A stretch of 57,112 nt of DNA, filler included, from Platydemus manokwari (GCA_037951405.1; 5 parts of 5 records of this genome joined end to end with filler, not necessarily neighbours in it); one strand, 5' to 3'; positions 12,120 through 25,926 are shown, numbered from the whole stretch's first letter. Numbers and translations are program-made. The notes: generated from the sequence alone by a model not told the origin.

Positions 12120-15100
12120 TTAAAATGTATAAGTTTCCATTTCTAGATTATCATCAGCCAATTGAGTCTTTTCAGCAAATTCGTTTATAAAAGTAATATA
12201 ATTCATACCAAGGCAATTCTTCTTCATTAATCTGAGAACAAATAAGGAATCGATATTCATATGATCCCAGATCCTCTACAATGTAAATAAAATAAGAAAT
12301 ATCATTTGAAGTGCTAGTTAAAGTTGTATTTATATTTTACGGTTATATTTCTAACATGAGTTCATTAACATGATCGTTAAGGAAATGTGGAAAATGCATA
12401 TAAACTAATAAATGTGGAAAAGATCCGGAGCAATCGATAATTACGATCTTCATATTGACCCTGGTAAAAAAATTACCAAAGTAGTTATGTTATTCATATG
12501 AAAACATTTTCATAAACTGGAAATAGGAAAACTTAAAAAATATTTTGACTTAAAATACAATGATAATACAAACGAACTAGGTTAATATTATGTGCCTTAA
12601 TAAAAATACTCTTAATAAAAAGATATTTATCAAAAGCCATTCTGAATTATCGATTATTTAATTTAGTTGATTTAATATTTACTAGTTTAATGAAATAAAA
12701 TTTTTTAAATCTTAGTTCTTTGTGATTTTTAATAAATTTAAATTTTGTTAGTTGGATTGATAGAAAAATAAATTGTATTATATATAAAAATCTTAGAAAA
12801 ATAAAAAAATCAATTAAAGATAACTTAAAAATTTTGATTTGCGAGTTGTAATCGATGAGAAAACACAAAAATCAGCTTCATAGAAACTCAGATGTCTTGT
12901 CTGTACTTAGATTTTAATTAATTTATGACAAATTATTTTTGGATTTTAGTAAAATATATTTAGTAATGTTAAAATATGCACTAAAGCCAAATGCAAAAAT
13001 CACAATAACTAAATTGTCTAACAATCATGGCTAGGAATCGCACTTCCAATAGTCAAATCAATAATCAGTACACATCGAGATCAGTATCCAAAAGTTAAAT
13101 ACTCTCAAAGATGACAACCATAAAAAGTAGTTGCTGGAAAATCACATAAAAGCCGCTGGAGACCAACAAAGACTAGGAGATGCTCGTGAAATCCCACTCC
13201 TTTTATAGGCTTATTATGTGTGTTCATTTGATCTCCTAATGATTTACTTTTCATTCGATAGGACCGTGAAATATTGTCATTTATAATACGTAAATATAAC
13301 AGTCTTCATGACGAGCCCGTAAAAGTCCTCACTTCGGTTTAAAAATATATTTATTATTAGATTGATGTCTGATATTCTGATTCGAGATTTATTCATTTGA
13401 AGTCTTCTCATTCGCTTTGCAACATTGTTGTTTTGGCTGGCCAGTGCTGAAGAGTTAGTACTCGATCCTAGCAGAGATTCTTTAGTTTCCTTTGGTTTAT
13501 ATGAGATTTGTAAGTTGCATAGGCATCTCTTATCAATGTCGTTATTAGGAACCCCAAGATTAACGCGATTTGCTTTTTGTCCTTGTCGTTATGAGAGTCC
13601 CAAGACCCAAGTACACCGATGTAGATGTCAAATAATACAAAATATCAAAATAAAAAGAAAATGAGCTTTTTAAATTCAAAACAGTTTCTTCTCGCAATTG
13701 TAAAAGAAAAATGGATTTTCATTAAATTAATTAATTTATTTATAATTTATTAAATGATCGGAATATGATTTCTCGTCAATACGAAGAATTCTGTTTTCTA
13801 TCAAATGGATTAACTAATCAAGATTTTGATTGTTTATTATTTATTTTGAAGCCTATATTATTAATGTTGTTACCAATGTAATGAGTGATAGGGCAAGANN
13901 NNNNNNNNAATGAAATAAATCACATTCTCATATATCGATAATGTGAATAAAATGAGTTAATTTTTTGGTGTCAATTATTAGATTAAAGTCGAAAAAAATA
14001 ATCAATACAATAAAATCGTTCTATAAATTATTTATAATATAATAAAATAATAATTAATGTTACTCACGACTAATATTACAATCAATAATATTATTAGTTA
14101 GAACAATTAATAATTTCTGCAGTAATACTTAAGATTATAATAATAATATTAATTTTATTAATATCTAAATAAATTATCTAGGAAAGTAAGAACAGGCTTT
14201 TGTTACTTAAGAGAAATCTGAAATGAAATACAAATATAATTACCGAATATAAATTTTGATAAACTGCCTTTCTCTTACATGTAACCCATATTATCCACTG
14301 CAGAAAATTAATGACATTTACAGCAAACAATATCACTAATATGAACCAAAGAGCGATATAGAATTTTTCTATCAGCATATTGACAACAAGTACACATTGA
14401 AGAGTGTGATGATGGACTTCATCTATGGTTCGAATTTCAAAATGGCAGAAAGTCACTCTTGGGAATGTACCGGTTTTGTCCCAAAATATATTTTGTTGAA
14501 ATGTTTGTATCATTTCTACTCCAAATGTCAAGAAATTAACGCCGAGAAATTTCGTTATAATCCAGAATTGAAGTAAAATATTTATCAAATAAAACATTTT
14601 CGTAACGGTGTAACAGCATGTAAGATATATTTCTGAAAACAAATAACATCATAATTTTCAATTTTAAAATTTGAAAAACAAATTTTATTAAGTATTTATT
14701 TTTTTTAATTTATATGCTAACAGTATTTGTAATTATTATTTGTAAATATCATTGGATTGAAAAATTATGAATAAAATAATAAAATTAATTATAATTTTAC
14801 TATTTTCGTTTATTATTATCTTAGCTGTTAATATTAAAACAATAATAATAATAGTAATTGCTGAGAGTATTGTTGGGTTCAGAAGAATTGAAAGTTACGC
14901 AACTGTATTTCCATCAAATCGTGCTGCTCAGCCTGTACATTATCGACTTCAATAATCATTAAAAACACACTACATATGAAACAAAATAAATAATGTACTA
15001 ATCGGCTTTTAACTGGTAATTGGCCATCCTTACATCAGTATTTATACTTGAGATTGATGTGCAATTCGTATATTAAGTTTTGATTTGATATCTTGTTATT

Positions 15101-17235
15101 CATGTTTCAATTGGATTTATTTATTTTTTATGATCATGATTAGTAAATTTGTGTTTGAATCTAGCCTCCACGCGAAACTTTTGAATATTTCAAGCTACTG
15201 AAGATTATATAATCTAACTATATTCAGTAAACCGTAGAAATTACTAATAATCAGTAAAAAAATAGACTTAGAAATCATTTCAATTGCGATCTAATTAAAA
15301 TGAAGTCTATAATGCTTTTGCAATTAGTCGATGCTTTAGAAAATATTTTGTCGTCTAACAATAAAGATGACTTTTGATGAGTATTCCTTCAAGAATAAAG
15401 AGCCTAATTATAAACCCAGACCCAGAAGAAACTCCAATAAGAAGTATTCAAAATCTTCTAAGTAAACCGTCACAGGAAAACCTAAATTTACTCAGCAAAG
15501 AAGACAACCAGAGTGATAAGAAAATTACTACGAGTACTTCCAAGATGTTGACTAGCCTTACAATGTCCACTGTCCAAGGAGAAATGCTAACAGGAGATCA
15601 GAAAATTGAAAAACCAATATAAACTCATCACCTACTGATCCTATAAGAAAAATGGAGGAAAAAATGATACGCATTCCATAGGAAAACGAGGACTCCTCAT
15701 CTCTACTACAATTAAATCCCAAAAATCATGATCTCTTAACGTTGACATCGTATCGCTAAAAGTTGAATCGCATCTCAAAACAGCTTTGGGAAAAGACAGT
15801 ATGAAAACAAGTTCTTATGGTACCAACTGTTACTCTAATAATATCCTAGCATTAAAGAATGACGATGTACTACTGCAATTCAAAAATAATCTTCGTAATT
15901 ATGGAATAGAAGATTAATTTGTTTAACACAATTAAATCACCAAGTAACCCATATTTGGATAGAGCCAATGATGAAAAAAGAGGTGAAACTGACATGAAAC
16001 TAAGGAGACCGTTTAATCACATTTATTTTTCAAATTGTATAAAAATAATTATTATAATTATATATAAATGAATTTCAAATCTTATAAATTATAACTATAA
16101 ATTTAATAAGAATTATGATGAAAATTCACTATGTTTAAATGATAATAACAAATAATCCATACTTCTTTTAATCAAGAATTTATCTCCAATGGGTTCAACG
16201 AAACATTCTTGAAATTGTGTAACAAGTTTTTTTAAATTGTCTTTTTGATTTTCAACACTTGAATATGAAGCATCAATTGCAGTATGCATTAAATGATTTA
16301 TGTCAATTCCTAAATAGAAATAAAAACATTACATCTTGTAATAATATTGATGATCTAGATCATTGAAATGATTTGAATTAATAAATGTAAAATCATTCTG
16401 ATTGAAATCATTGACACTATATGGCTATTGGAACTGCTTTCATAAAACATTTTAAACACATTCACTAATATTGGTGATTAACAATTGACAATGAAATAAT
16501 TCATACTGTTTATTTTACTAAACATCTTCAGCATCGAATAAGTAAATCCCATTTATCTCCGTTTCTTTAACATAATCGTGCACTATCAGCAATTAAATTT
16601 TCATTATGGTAATACTTTCATAGTTTTATAGACAGAAAAGAAAATACTTCATTGGAATCAAAAATACAACTCGTTTTTAAAGACGTATTTTTAATAATAA
16701 CAAAGAAAATAAAGTTTTGATTTTATTTTTGAATATCGGAATTCAATGATTCTTACAATGTAAAAAAAATTGACTTCGCTTATCTATTCATAAGAATTTA
16801 TTTTATCATTTATTTCATTTAATAATAATCACCACTACATTTACCTGAAAGCCAATTAGTCATTCGCCAGAAATAATGTGGCAAATAGAATAAAATCCCC
16901 TGGAGAATCAAAACAAATGGCACCCATTGATAATATTGAATTTCCGATTTGGCACTGGTTTTCAGAGTTTCATTAGACCTTACAAAATACGTATTTTCAA
17001 CCCAACAATAGTTTTCAGCATATTGTTCCCAACCGTCACTATATTCTTTAGGTATCCAACATTGAATAGGATCACCTACCAGATATTGTTTGGTACATAC
17101 GGCTAAACTTATCGCACAGAAGATCAGTGGGACGAAATGATGATTAACAATATCAACATAGTCTGAATCCGATATTCGTATTTTTCTACTGGCAATTCGA
17201 AAACTAGTAAACAGTTTAAAGATACTGTTATTCAT
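12120..17235 (-). CDS. Innexin (gap junction protein), 4 exons, about 360 aa
   Basis: Exons 17235-16845, 16309-16163, 14632-14244 and 12275-12120 join in frame with GT-AG ends. Signatures: DYVD, KQYLVGDPIQCWIP, YAENYCW, YYQWVPFVL, FPRVTFC, QCVLVVNMLIEK, and C-terminal IDSLFVLRLMKKN. The exon 3/4 junction is the least certain. Confidence 0.92.
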
Positions 17236-19489
17236 TTCGGATTACTCAATCAAACGATAGATATGGAATAAAAAATGGTTTACTTATGAATCTCACGATA
17301 AAATCATTTGACCTTTGAATCCATTAACTAACTTTTGTAATTTTCTCAATTATTATCATCATAATTGATTCTAGCTTAAAGTTTACCAAATATTTCATTA
17401 CATATTCTACTTATATGTTTTGTGATTTATACGAACCAAAATGATAACTCATTTGCTAATTTTTTAATTATGGAATTTCATTACAATTGATTATTAGCAT
17501 ACACCATGCATTTTATCTATTCAAGTATTATGTTTTAAAGTATATGTAAAATAGGGCTTAAGTATTTTTCTATTATATTTGTTTCATACATATGTGTGCG
17601 TGTGTGTGTAGCATCATGATTGTGATTTTAAATTCATGAACATGTTAAAAGTAGTTTTATTTTCATCCATTTTACTTGAAAAATTTCTACCGAATTTATT
17701 GAATAAAAAAAAGATGATTCTCAATTACTCAAGTTCACAAATCTGGATCAAGTATAATTTAAAAAAAAAGTCTCGTACCAAGCATTTTTAAAATTGTTTT
17801 ATAGGTGTGAAATTAATCGGAAAATAAGAGACATTTTCATAAAAAACCCTGGTTCTAGTTCCTTCGAAATCATACACACCTATGCATAAAACACATACAC
17901 GCCTCCTAATCGTTGATTGGAGTATTATCGAGACACTGAATACAATTAAGAAAATACATTTAACAACCTTTAAATCAAATAACCTAAAAATAGAACAAAT
18001 GAAAATCAGCCAACAAAACGAATGCACAAATATCAGCTCTAAAATTAAAGATATTTATTCTTTTAATGAATATTCCATTTTTGTAAAATTCTATAATAAT
18101 AGTAAATAATAATAGGTCAGGAATAATAATGAAAAATATTTTTTTGGGAGGCCCATTTGTTTTTATCACTTAAAATCTTGTTATAATGAATGGGTGTAAA
18201 CAGTTGTGTAATTTAATATTTGATAGCCACAGTTCTAATCAGGTGGCCTTCAAACACCTTACCACGATTCTGATAAAATTGATAAATCCAGTTTTTGACT
18301 ATGGCCTACGAAACATTTGATTCATTTTGGTTGAAACATTTGATCAAATAAAATAATAATTACCAGTAAATAGTTAAATTTTAATTTAGTATATCAAAAA
18401 TGAGCTATATTTACCAAACTCTTGTCAAAGGAACCGAAATCTTCTTGTGAAAACATAAATTCTTTGATCTTTCAGGTATTTCTCGCTTTGCATAATTTTC
18501 ATATTTTCGAACTCTATGTTCAATATTGAAATCAAAAATACAATTTGATTTTCTATTGGTTTTGGTAGTCAGTTTTGATATTTAGTTGGTGAACACCATA
18601 GTTTCTGATGAAGTACTAGAGACTTTAGGGATTTATCTGTATTTGTTGTGAGAGTTTTTATGGATTAGTGCAATGCTCTTTCGTCAGTTCAATTTAATTG
18701 TGCCAAATTAGGGTTAATTCTATTTACCATCACTATTTGAACTTTACTGTTTTCATTCTTCCATTCCACCACCATCTTAGCATGATTCAAAAGTCTTCTC
18801 CACTTGTTGAAAAAACTTCACTTAAAATGGCATCACATTCTTTTAACCCAGGATTTCCTGTTTTCCGTCAATATTCTTTGCTTATTACTGTAATTGAAGC
18901 ACCAAAGTTCCACACTATTTCCACTCGCCAAACTCCACTTTGACTCATCCTTCAAATGTTATAGAGAATCTCTTCTAACTATATCCCGATTATATTTATC
19001 TCTTATTGACTCAACTCATTGACCAAATCTAGGCAACAAGCAGTCTCTAAATTTTTGAATATTCTACATCACGCACCATGTGTTTGTTGTCTGTGTTGAA
19101 TTGACTCTCATCATGAATCCGTTAGATTTTTCGATCTGAACTCTGACGTCATTCATCCTTAAAGATCATCTATAGGATCCCTTCTTCATAGTCAGGAACT
19201 CAACCAAAAAAGTTATTAGGTTTAAACTATTCAAAATCAGCCAGTCTTCAATATCAATGATAAAACGATTTGCCTCGGGTGAATTGCATCAAACATTTAT
19301 TAAAATTCAAATCTTTTTGTCACTTCTGGGGTAAATTTTGAAAAGCAATTTATTTTTTGAATTTTTTAAATTACATTAATGTAGTTACATTTTGTAAAGT
19401 TTATATATAATTGATAAAGGAGTAAAACTATCACGCAAAGATGAGAATGCATAGTGTTGGATCTTGATTTTGATGGATGGATGGACAAA

Positions 19490-20490
19490 AAATTAGACAA
19501 ACAATCCAAGACTGAAGTACAAAGTACAAAAAATCATGAAGGAAATTGTAGCAGTACCAAATCAATCACAAAACTGCTATCTGTATGTATCATCGAAAAA
19601 CGGAAGCTCAGGACTACGAAATTTGTATGACGAGTACAATCTCCAACAAATTGTACAAGCATTCAAGCTTTTAAACTCGCGAGATGAAAGTATCGCTGAA
19701 CTGATCAGAAATTCAATGAAGTTTGCAGCAAGTCCTCGTTTCCGAACAAAAAACGCAACAACAAAACAATCATTAGAATGACTAAATGGACAAGTAGACC
19801 TGAAATTAAATAAACATGCATGCAAAACATGGTGGATCCGAGTTAGAAGAGCAATCACATATTTCAAAGCTACCAACAAAACAACAATCTCATTAGAATC
19901 TGCAGATGGATCCTTCAATATCAGACTTACAGATGCCAGACAAGTAACATCAGTCATACAAATATGCTATCTTAAACAAATCACAAAAATCCCTCAGGAA
20001 ACCGTTCACGTATCTTATCTGTTGCAATGGGAGACAAGTAACGCTAGCAAACAAAACCAAGCTCAACAGTGGTGAAATTGGTCCTTTTGCCTGGAACTTC
20101 ATCCACAAAGCCAGAACAAACACACTTCCACTCAACGCGACAGCAATGAATAGAGATCCAAGTAACCGGAAATGCAGAAGGTGTCAAGTACAAGAAGAAA
20201 CAATGCCACATGCCCTTCAAGTGTATACTAAACAGCACACTCATTTCCAGCAGACACGATGATTGTCTAAAGATCATATATCATGCAATACAAGACCCAG
20301 ATCTCGTCATCTCAATTAATGAAATAATCCCATATCTCAAAGGTTGTGGTGACGAGTCCAGAATGCGCATCGATATCAATATTGAAAACGTATCAAAGAA
20401 AATAATTTACCTTGCTGATTTAAAGTGCCCGATTGATCAACCAGATACAATCGCTACAGCAATATTGAGGAATGAAGCCCACTATCAAAG
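19490..20490 (+). mobile_element. Degenerate fragment of an RLE-type non-LTR retrotransposon (NeSL/Utopia/R2-like): post-RT region, Zn knuckle, restriction-like endonuclease
   Basis: Across one in-frame TGA and frameshifts: LYVSSKNGSSGLRNL (GGLG-like thumb), AWNFIHKARTNTLPLNA, KCRRCQVQEETMPHALQ (CCHC knuckle), SRHDDCL (RHD/N) and RIDI...YLADLKCPID (PD-D/ExK). Confidence 0.8.
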
Positions 20491-20539
20491 TTTTGGACGT
20501 GATGTATACATAAATAATTTTATAATTGTTTTATAGTTG

Positions 20540-20860
20540 CGACTTTGAGTTCAAAAATTGACGAAATCTCCGTTCTGTGTAAGAAATATTAGGCTTTTCT
20601 TACTGCACCAGAACAAGTAATAAAAGATCAGTACAATAATTTCAAATTTTATGCTCAAAGAAAATTGAAATCAAAATCTGTGAACAGTTTTTTAGAACTT
20701 GTGCAACTTGCTTATAAAAAGGAAGAATATTCTGATTTGGCAAAATTGTTGGACATTTGCTGGGAGATTTAGTTTAATGAATTTCATAAAAACCAAGTAA
20801 AGAAATAGAATGGGTGATGTACATCTAGGCATGATTGTAAGAATCAAAAGCTATATTCAA
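20540..20860 (+). mobile_element. hAT transposase C-terminal relic
   Basis: EQVIKDQYNNFKFYAQ...EEYSDLAKLLDIC, then FSLMNFIKTK*RNRMGDVHLGMIVRIK, matching the hATC dimerisation motif (FS.MN.IKTK.RNRL). Confidence 0.65.
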
Positions 20861-22311
20861 ATTAATATTGTGGTTGATTTAGATTGTGTGCTCAAAGCAT
20901 GGGTCTTGTAAATAAACAAAGAGTCTAAAAAAATGAATAAATTATTTTCCTGTCTTATGTTCATCCTTGTGCACACAGTGCACACAATTAATTTCAATTT
21001 ATCATGTTTTGCACAACACCAAATATTGCGCGCAGAGCCTTGCAAAATTAGAGGGAACTTTGTTTATATAGAAACTTAAATTAATATTCAAAAAGAAAAC
21101 ATTATTTGCAAATAGTTATTTACCATATACAAAAATAATAGGTTAAAAACTATTAAAAATAATCGGTTAAAAACTATTCTTTTAGTTAATAATAGAACAG
21201 CAATTTGAGATACCTTTTCACCTTCTCATTGTGTATTCCAGTATACGCACACTAATGTAAAGATCGAATTTAGGGGTATAATTTCTAATTCGTCTATTAT
21301 AAACAAAAGTTAATGTAGTATGAACTTTTTTGACATAAGTTTTCATTCTTCGAGAAATGTGAATCCCAATATTTCATTGTGTTCTGGTCTGCAAGAGAAA
21401 CTACAACCAAATTCCGTAGCCATTTGGTGGCCTTCCTAGTCTATAAATATCGGTTACATTTTTTGATAAGCTTTTTTATATCATTGCCTCGTCTGTATTT
21501 TTGGAATTGGTCTACTCGAGATGGTGTTAACGGTAGCTATTAAATCAATCATTAAAATACAGTAAAACATATTTGCAATGAACAGATTATTTAAAACAAA
21601 TTTGCCGCTCATTAAAAATATATTCTAGAGATATAAATAGTATTCATCTTGGTTAAAATAGTTCCAAATTCCATTAATTTTAATTATCAATTTTTTTACA
21701 TTTTACTGTTTAATATTGGATTTTATTAAATCAATATTTAATTTTAAAAGTCAATATTCAATATATTATCGTTGAAATCATTAATTCTCACACTAAAAAA
21801 TCAGAAAATTTGTTCTCTTTAGTTATCTATCAAGCTTTCAACAAATTACTTGATTTTTATGAAAAATATTTCTACGAAATGTGAGCCCCATCGATACTAC
21901 AGTGATTTGGTCCTGCATTGGTCAAAATAATTTTCTTCATGGATTTCTTTATCAACCTCACTTTATATAATTTTATTTAATCCGTAATCGATTCTATCTG
22001 GGAATGCTAATATCACTAGATCCTAAGTGGATTTTGGGAATGTCGATAAATTAGAAAGTAATGTATTTAAAAAGTCCACTTTAACAACTTCAATATTCGA
22101 ATAAAAGTTAGTTAAAGTTTCTTATACTTTGATCAGTTATCTTTATAATAATAGAATATTTATAATTTTTAATAAGATTTGTTTAATTTATTTTAATTAT
22201 CCTCGCAATACCAGTTTTTCTAGAGTTAAAAATGAAGAAAAAGATAATTCTCAAACATCATTTATTTAAATCACTTCTCGATTCGAAAAAATACGAAAAT
22301 CAATTCAAAAA

Positions 22312-24060
22312 TCACATGGCAAGCTTGGTCGATTGGATAGACATTAGTTTTCCTGTTAGCAAGTCGACATCAAACCAAACTGTGCATATTTTTGATCTCA
22401 TTAAAAATTTTCTACTAAGAAAAAACAAAGTCATCTTCGCGGTTTTTTTCGTGCTTTTCTTCAAAACCATTAATTGAAGTATTTCTTTGATTTTTCTCAA
22501 TATAGATGGATGTTCAACTAATTGATTATAGGGCCAATATCTCAGTCCATAATAAATTAATTTTGGCCATCGACTTTTCATAAAGCTATTGGTGAGTAAT
22601 GGTCCCTTATCAGCAATAAACTCCAATATATTGATATTTACGGATTTTTGCATAATGAATCCAATTAAACAGTAGAAAGCGGATATGCTTGCAGGAAACT
22701 GATCAATGGCCCGAAATATAGTGACAATCAAATCGTAACTTATATCATAATAACGTAGATTCAGTAATTCATTTGTTATAGACTGTCGAGTCATTAAGTA
22801 TGCTAATGCTATGCAAGATTCTTCTCTAACAGAGGAGAATTCACTAAACAAGCATTTTAATAAGTTGTTTAACCAAGTATTGCAGGTTTGTACAAGGAGA
22901 GTCGTCAAAATAAAATTGTAATCACTTGATCGAATAAATTCCATAACTCTCCATCTAACTAAAGAGAGAGGTTTATTTTTATTTGCCTTTAATTCTATAT
23001 TCAATTGAATTATTTCTCTTTTCAATAAAACTTCATCGTCGAATTCGATTAAATAGTCTATTGGCTGAACCATCTCAAAAGTTGTTTTAAATAACGGATA
23101 AAAAAACGCACCAACTTCGTTAATGTCATAGGCGATTTCTTCTAATATATTTTCAAAACTTTTAGTTAAAGTGCTATAAAAGATTATATCTTTATCAGAA
23201 TGAGCTTCAACTTTTCTATCGAGTGATTCGCTTTTCATTTTTTTATGATTTTGCAACAAGGTCAATAAATTTGGTGGAAGCATATTGACATTACGTTTCA
23301 GTAGTTTTTGAAGTACTTTATTATTTTTAATGACTGCATCATACATGTGTTTGTTTTCTAAATCTTCATCAGTAAAAGGAACTTCCAGATGATATTCTTT
23401 CACATACATATCCATTAATTGTAGGGCTGGTAATGTATTTCTCATGTCCGGTAACATTTTTCTAAGATTTCTCGTTACTGTATTTTCACGAGTTAAAACG
23501 AATGCACGTTTTTCAGAAAAATCCAAAGACAATGATGAAACTAGAGATGAATTTCTATTTATTAGAGATAGATTGTGGTAATCATTTAATGAAGAATCTA
23601 GAGATTCACTCAACTCATAGAAAGAGTATTCAGATCTAGATTTAATTCTTTGTACAACTCTTGAAATGATTTGCTTAAAATGAGGAATATAGTGGAAACT
23701 TGATGTTTTTTCTATATGTTCTTCATCAAAGGTTTTCTCTTTTTCTTTTTCTACAATCTTTTCTCCCTTTATAAAACTCATCAACTGTCTCTTGTTTTCC
23801 GTAGGTTTAAATTTCGGTTTAATAATAGTTGACGTATTTTTTGCAACAAGTTTTAAATAACCTTCATCTTTATGATGTGCATGACTAAATGTACTTCGTA
23901 ATTTCGTAATATGTGCTTCAGGAAGTAGATTCTCATTTCTATTCTTCTTTTTTAATTTGTCGAAATCATAATAACCGGCAACTCCTTGCCAAACAACCAC
24001 TAATCCCGAATCATAAAGCTCAGCTTCTGGTGCAATATCAACTAATATATTTGAAAGCAT
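22312..24060 (-). CDS. Intronless 582-aa protein of unknown function; helical, possibly HEAT/ARM-like C-terminal half
   Basis: A 1749-nt open frame in very AT-rich DNA is unlikely by chance. LLKCLFSEFSSVREESCIALAYL resembles a HEAT repeat. No family recognised with certainty. Confidence 0.65.
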   Translation of the reverse strand: MLSNILVDIAPEAELYDSGLVVVWQGVAGYYDFDKLKKKNRNENLLPEAHITKLRSTFSHAHHKDEGYLKLVAKNTSTIIKPKFKPTENKRQLMSFIKGEKIVEKEKEKTFDEEHIEKTSSFHYIPHFKQIISRVVQRIKSRSEYSFYELSESLDSSLNDYHNLSLINRNSSLVSSLSLDFSEKRAFVLTRENTVTRNLRKMLPDMRNTLPALQLMDMYVKEYHLEVPFTDEDLENKHMYDAVIKNNKVLQKLLKRNVNMLPPNLLTLLQNHKKMKSESLDRKVEAHSDKDIIFYSTLTKSFENILEEIAYDINEVGAFFYPLFKTTFEMVQPIDYLIEFDDEVLLKREIIQLNIELKANKNKPLSLVRWRVMEFIRSSDYNFILTTLLVQTCNTWLNNLLKCLFSEFSSVREESCIALAYLMTRQSITNELLNLRYYDISYDLIVTIFRAIDQFPASISAFYCLIGFIMQKSVNINILEFIADKGPLLTNSFMKSRWPKLIYYGLRYWPYNQLVEHPSILRKIKEILQLMVLKKSTKKTAKMTLFFLSRKFLMRSKICTVWFDVDLLTGKLMSIQSTKLAM

Positions 24061-24489
24061 TTTTTGATTTATTTAATATTATCAATATATTCGATAACTG
24101 TTGATTTTTAAATTCATATGAAATTTGTTATGTATTAAAGTATGAATTTTATTTATAAGTATAAGCAATAAAAATTAAAATAAGGAAATAGAAATAGAAA
24201 TATCAAACCAAATTTTATTCAAATCCAACTTTACTTAATTTTTATACAATGTCCATTAATAAATAAAAGAAATAGATTTTAACTTTCTGTTATACAAAAT
24301 TATCCAATAAACCAATATTGTTTTCGAAAAATGCAATTTTTTTATAAAAATTTTTGCAAGTTTAACTTTTAATTTTATGTTCAGTTAAGTCATAAGCACA
24401 TTCAGGCATAATATTTATTTGAAAAACTACACTAATACGCCAATCAATTATTTAAACAAACATCACGTGTTTCTTTATTTAATCACGTT

Positions 24490-25340
24490 ACTCACCCCCT
24501 TTTAAGGCCCGCTCCAAAAGTTCAACCAGTCTAATCGTCTGGATTTTATCGCACGAGGTAATTGAATCTCCACTTGTCTGTCTGACTTGAATCCGGTAAT
24601 TCGATAGGGGCCTTCGTACTGGTATCCTTTTTCTTCCTCTTATGGGGATCTACGCTAACTAGCACCTTCTCTCTCACCTGAAAAGCTCGATGTGTTCTTT
24701 TTCCTCTGTCTCGGTTTGACATTATGTCGGCTGCCACCTTCGAATTTTCTCTAGCTGCTGCTGCAATATCATCTCGACTTTGATTCTTGTGGCTTACATC
24801 TGTATGAACATTGATCTTCGCCCGTAGATTATCTCAAAAGGCAAGAACTTCGTTGTTGATTGATGTGTTGCGTAAATGCGGAACTCTATCCTTGCAACAA
24901 TTCAGCCCAATTTGTTTCATGGCTCTTACCTTTTAAAGTAGCTGTTAGTTCTGCATTATCTCTCACTTTATTTGTATTTGAGCTAAATATTTGGTTTTCG
25001 GCTTTTCTGTTTTCACTTCATCGTTTTTTGTCTTGCACTGTGAACATAGTGTCTCGTTGATCATAGACAATCATTCTGCGTTGCTATGATTCTCTCCTTT
25101 TCTGTATTTTAAATCGAAATCGTATTCTGACAGCGCCATCCATATTTTAAATTGAGGGCTGATAGGTTTTCGTATCTAATTCAAGAATACCAGGGCGATG
25201 TATTTCTTCCCATACAAGTATTGTCTAAAGTAAATAACGGACTCGTGGATAGCCCGCCGTTCATTCCTGGTAACACAGTACCCTTTCTCGTGACTAGTCA
25301 GTAATCGAGACCCATAGGCTATAACTACTTCTGTTCCTTC
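24490..25340 (-). mobile_element. Gypsy/Ty3 LTR retrotransposon relic (integrase C-terminus and polypurine tract)
   Basis: Minus strand shows TTKFLPFEIIYGR and RAFQVREKVLV..YEGPYRI (GPY/F motif, frameshifted), followed by the PPT-like AAAAGGGGGTGAG at about 24491-24503. Confidence 0.7.
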
Positions 25341-25440
25341 NNNNNNNNNNNNNNNNNNNNNNNNNNNNNNNNNNNNNNNNNNNNTTAATTAATTAANNNN
25401 NNNNNNNNNNNNNNNNNNNNNNNNNNNNNNNNNNNNNNNN
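25341..25440. other. Artificial contig-joining spacer
   Basis: 44N-TTAATTAATTAA-44N. Confidence 0.95.
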
Positions 25441-25926
25441 TGTAAAACTTTTTAATGTGAATTCAAGGAGATTTTGTGACTACCAGGAATATAATATATA
25501 ATTTAAACTCCAATTAATAATCCGCATAATTAATAAAAATCTGACATTAATATAATAAAATCAAACCAATTAAGATATAATAAATTCACTCATTAAAAGA
25601 ATAGTGAATTTATCGATGAAATAATCAAGTGAAATAAGTTATCGCGCACAGAAAAATAAAATACCATGTATTTAATCACATATCATTTCTCTCTACCATA
25701 ATTAATTGTAGTGTAATAAACATTTATGCATTACGTTAAATAAAATTTGTAGGGAATATCTGTGAATAACTCACTGGCGCCTATATAAGGCAATGACCGA
25801 AATCATTGTATGCGCAATAAAAAAACAAAACCTAAAATTCCAGTTCATCACTGTATGGATTAGAATTAGTATATGCCCAGTATTTTGCACTGAAAGAACA
25901 AACAGTAAAATAATATATTTAAAATT

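Noticed and set aside
16484-16536. Hammerhead-like CTGAAGA + TGTTTA/TAAACA stem on the minus strand; similar partial cores near 870-893, 13447 and 39658
   Set aside because: All lack the invariant GAAA and a proper stem III/UH site, so they are likely chance in AT-rich DNA. An Infernal scan would settle it.
18380-19260. Possible decayed retroelement sequence (also 36950-37270, 47760-48350 and 56150-56650)
   Set aside because: Higher-complexity DNA, but no diagnostic motif could be read confidently.
21830-22470. In-frame TAA/TAG/TGA in protein-like frames as evidence for stop-codon reassignment
   Set aside because: Well-supported genes end at the expected place with TAG (synaptotagmin), TAA (innexin) and TGA (SMC4, kinase) and have no internal stops.
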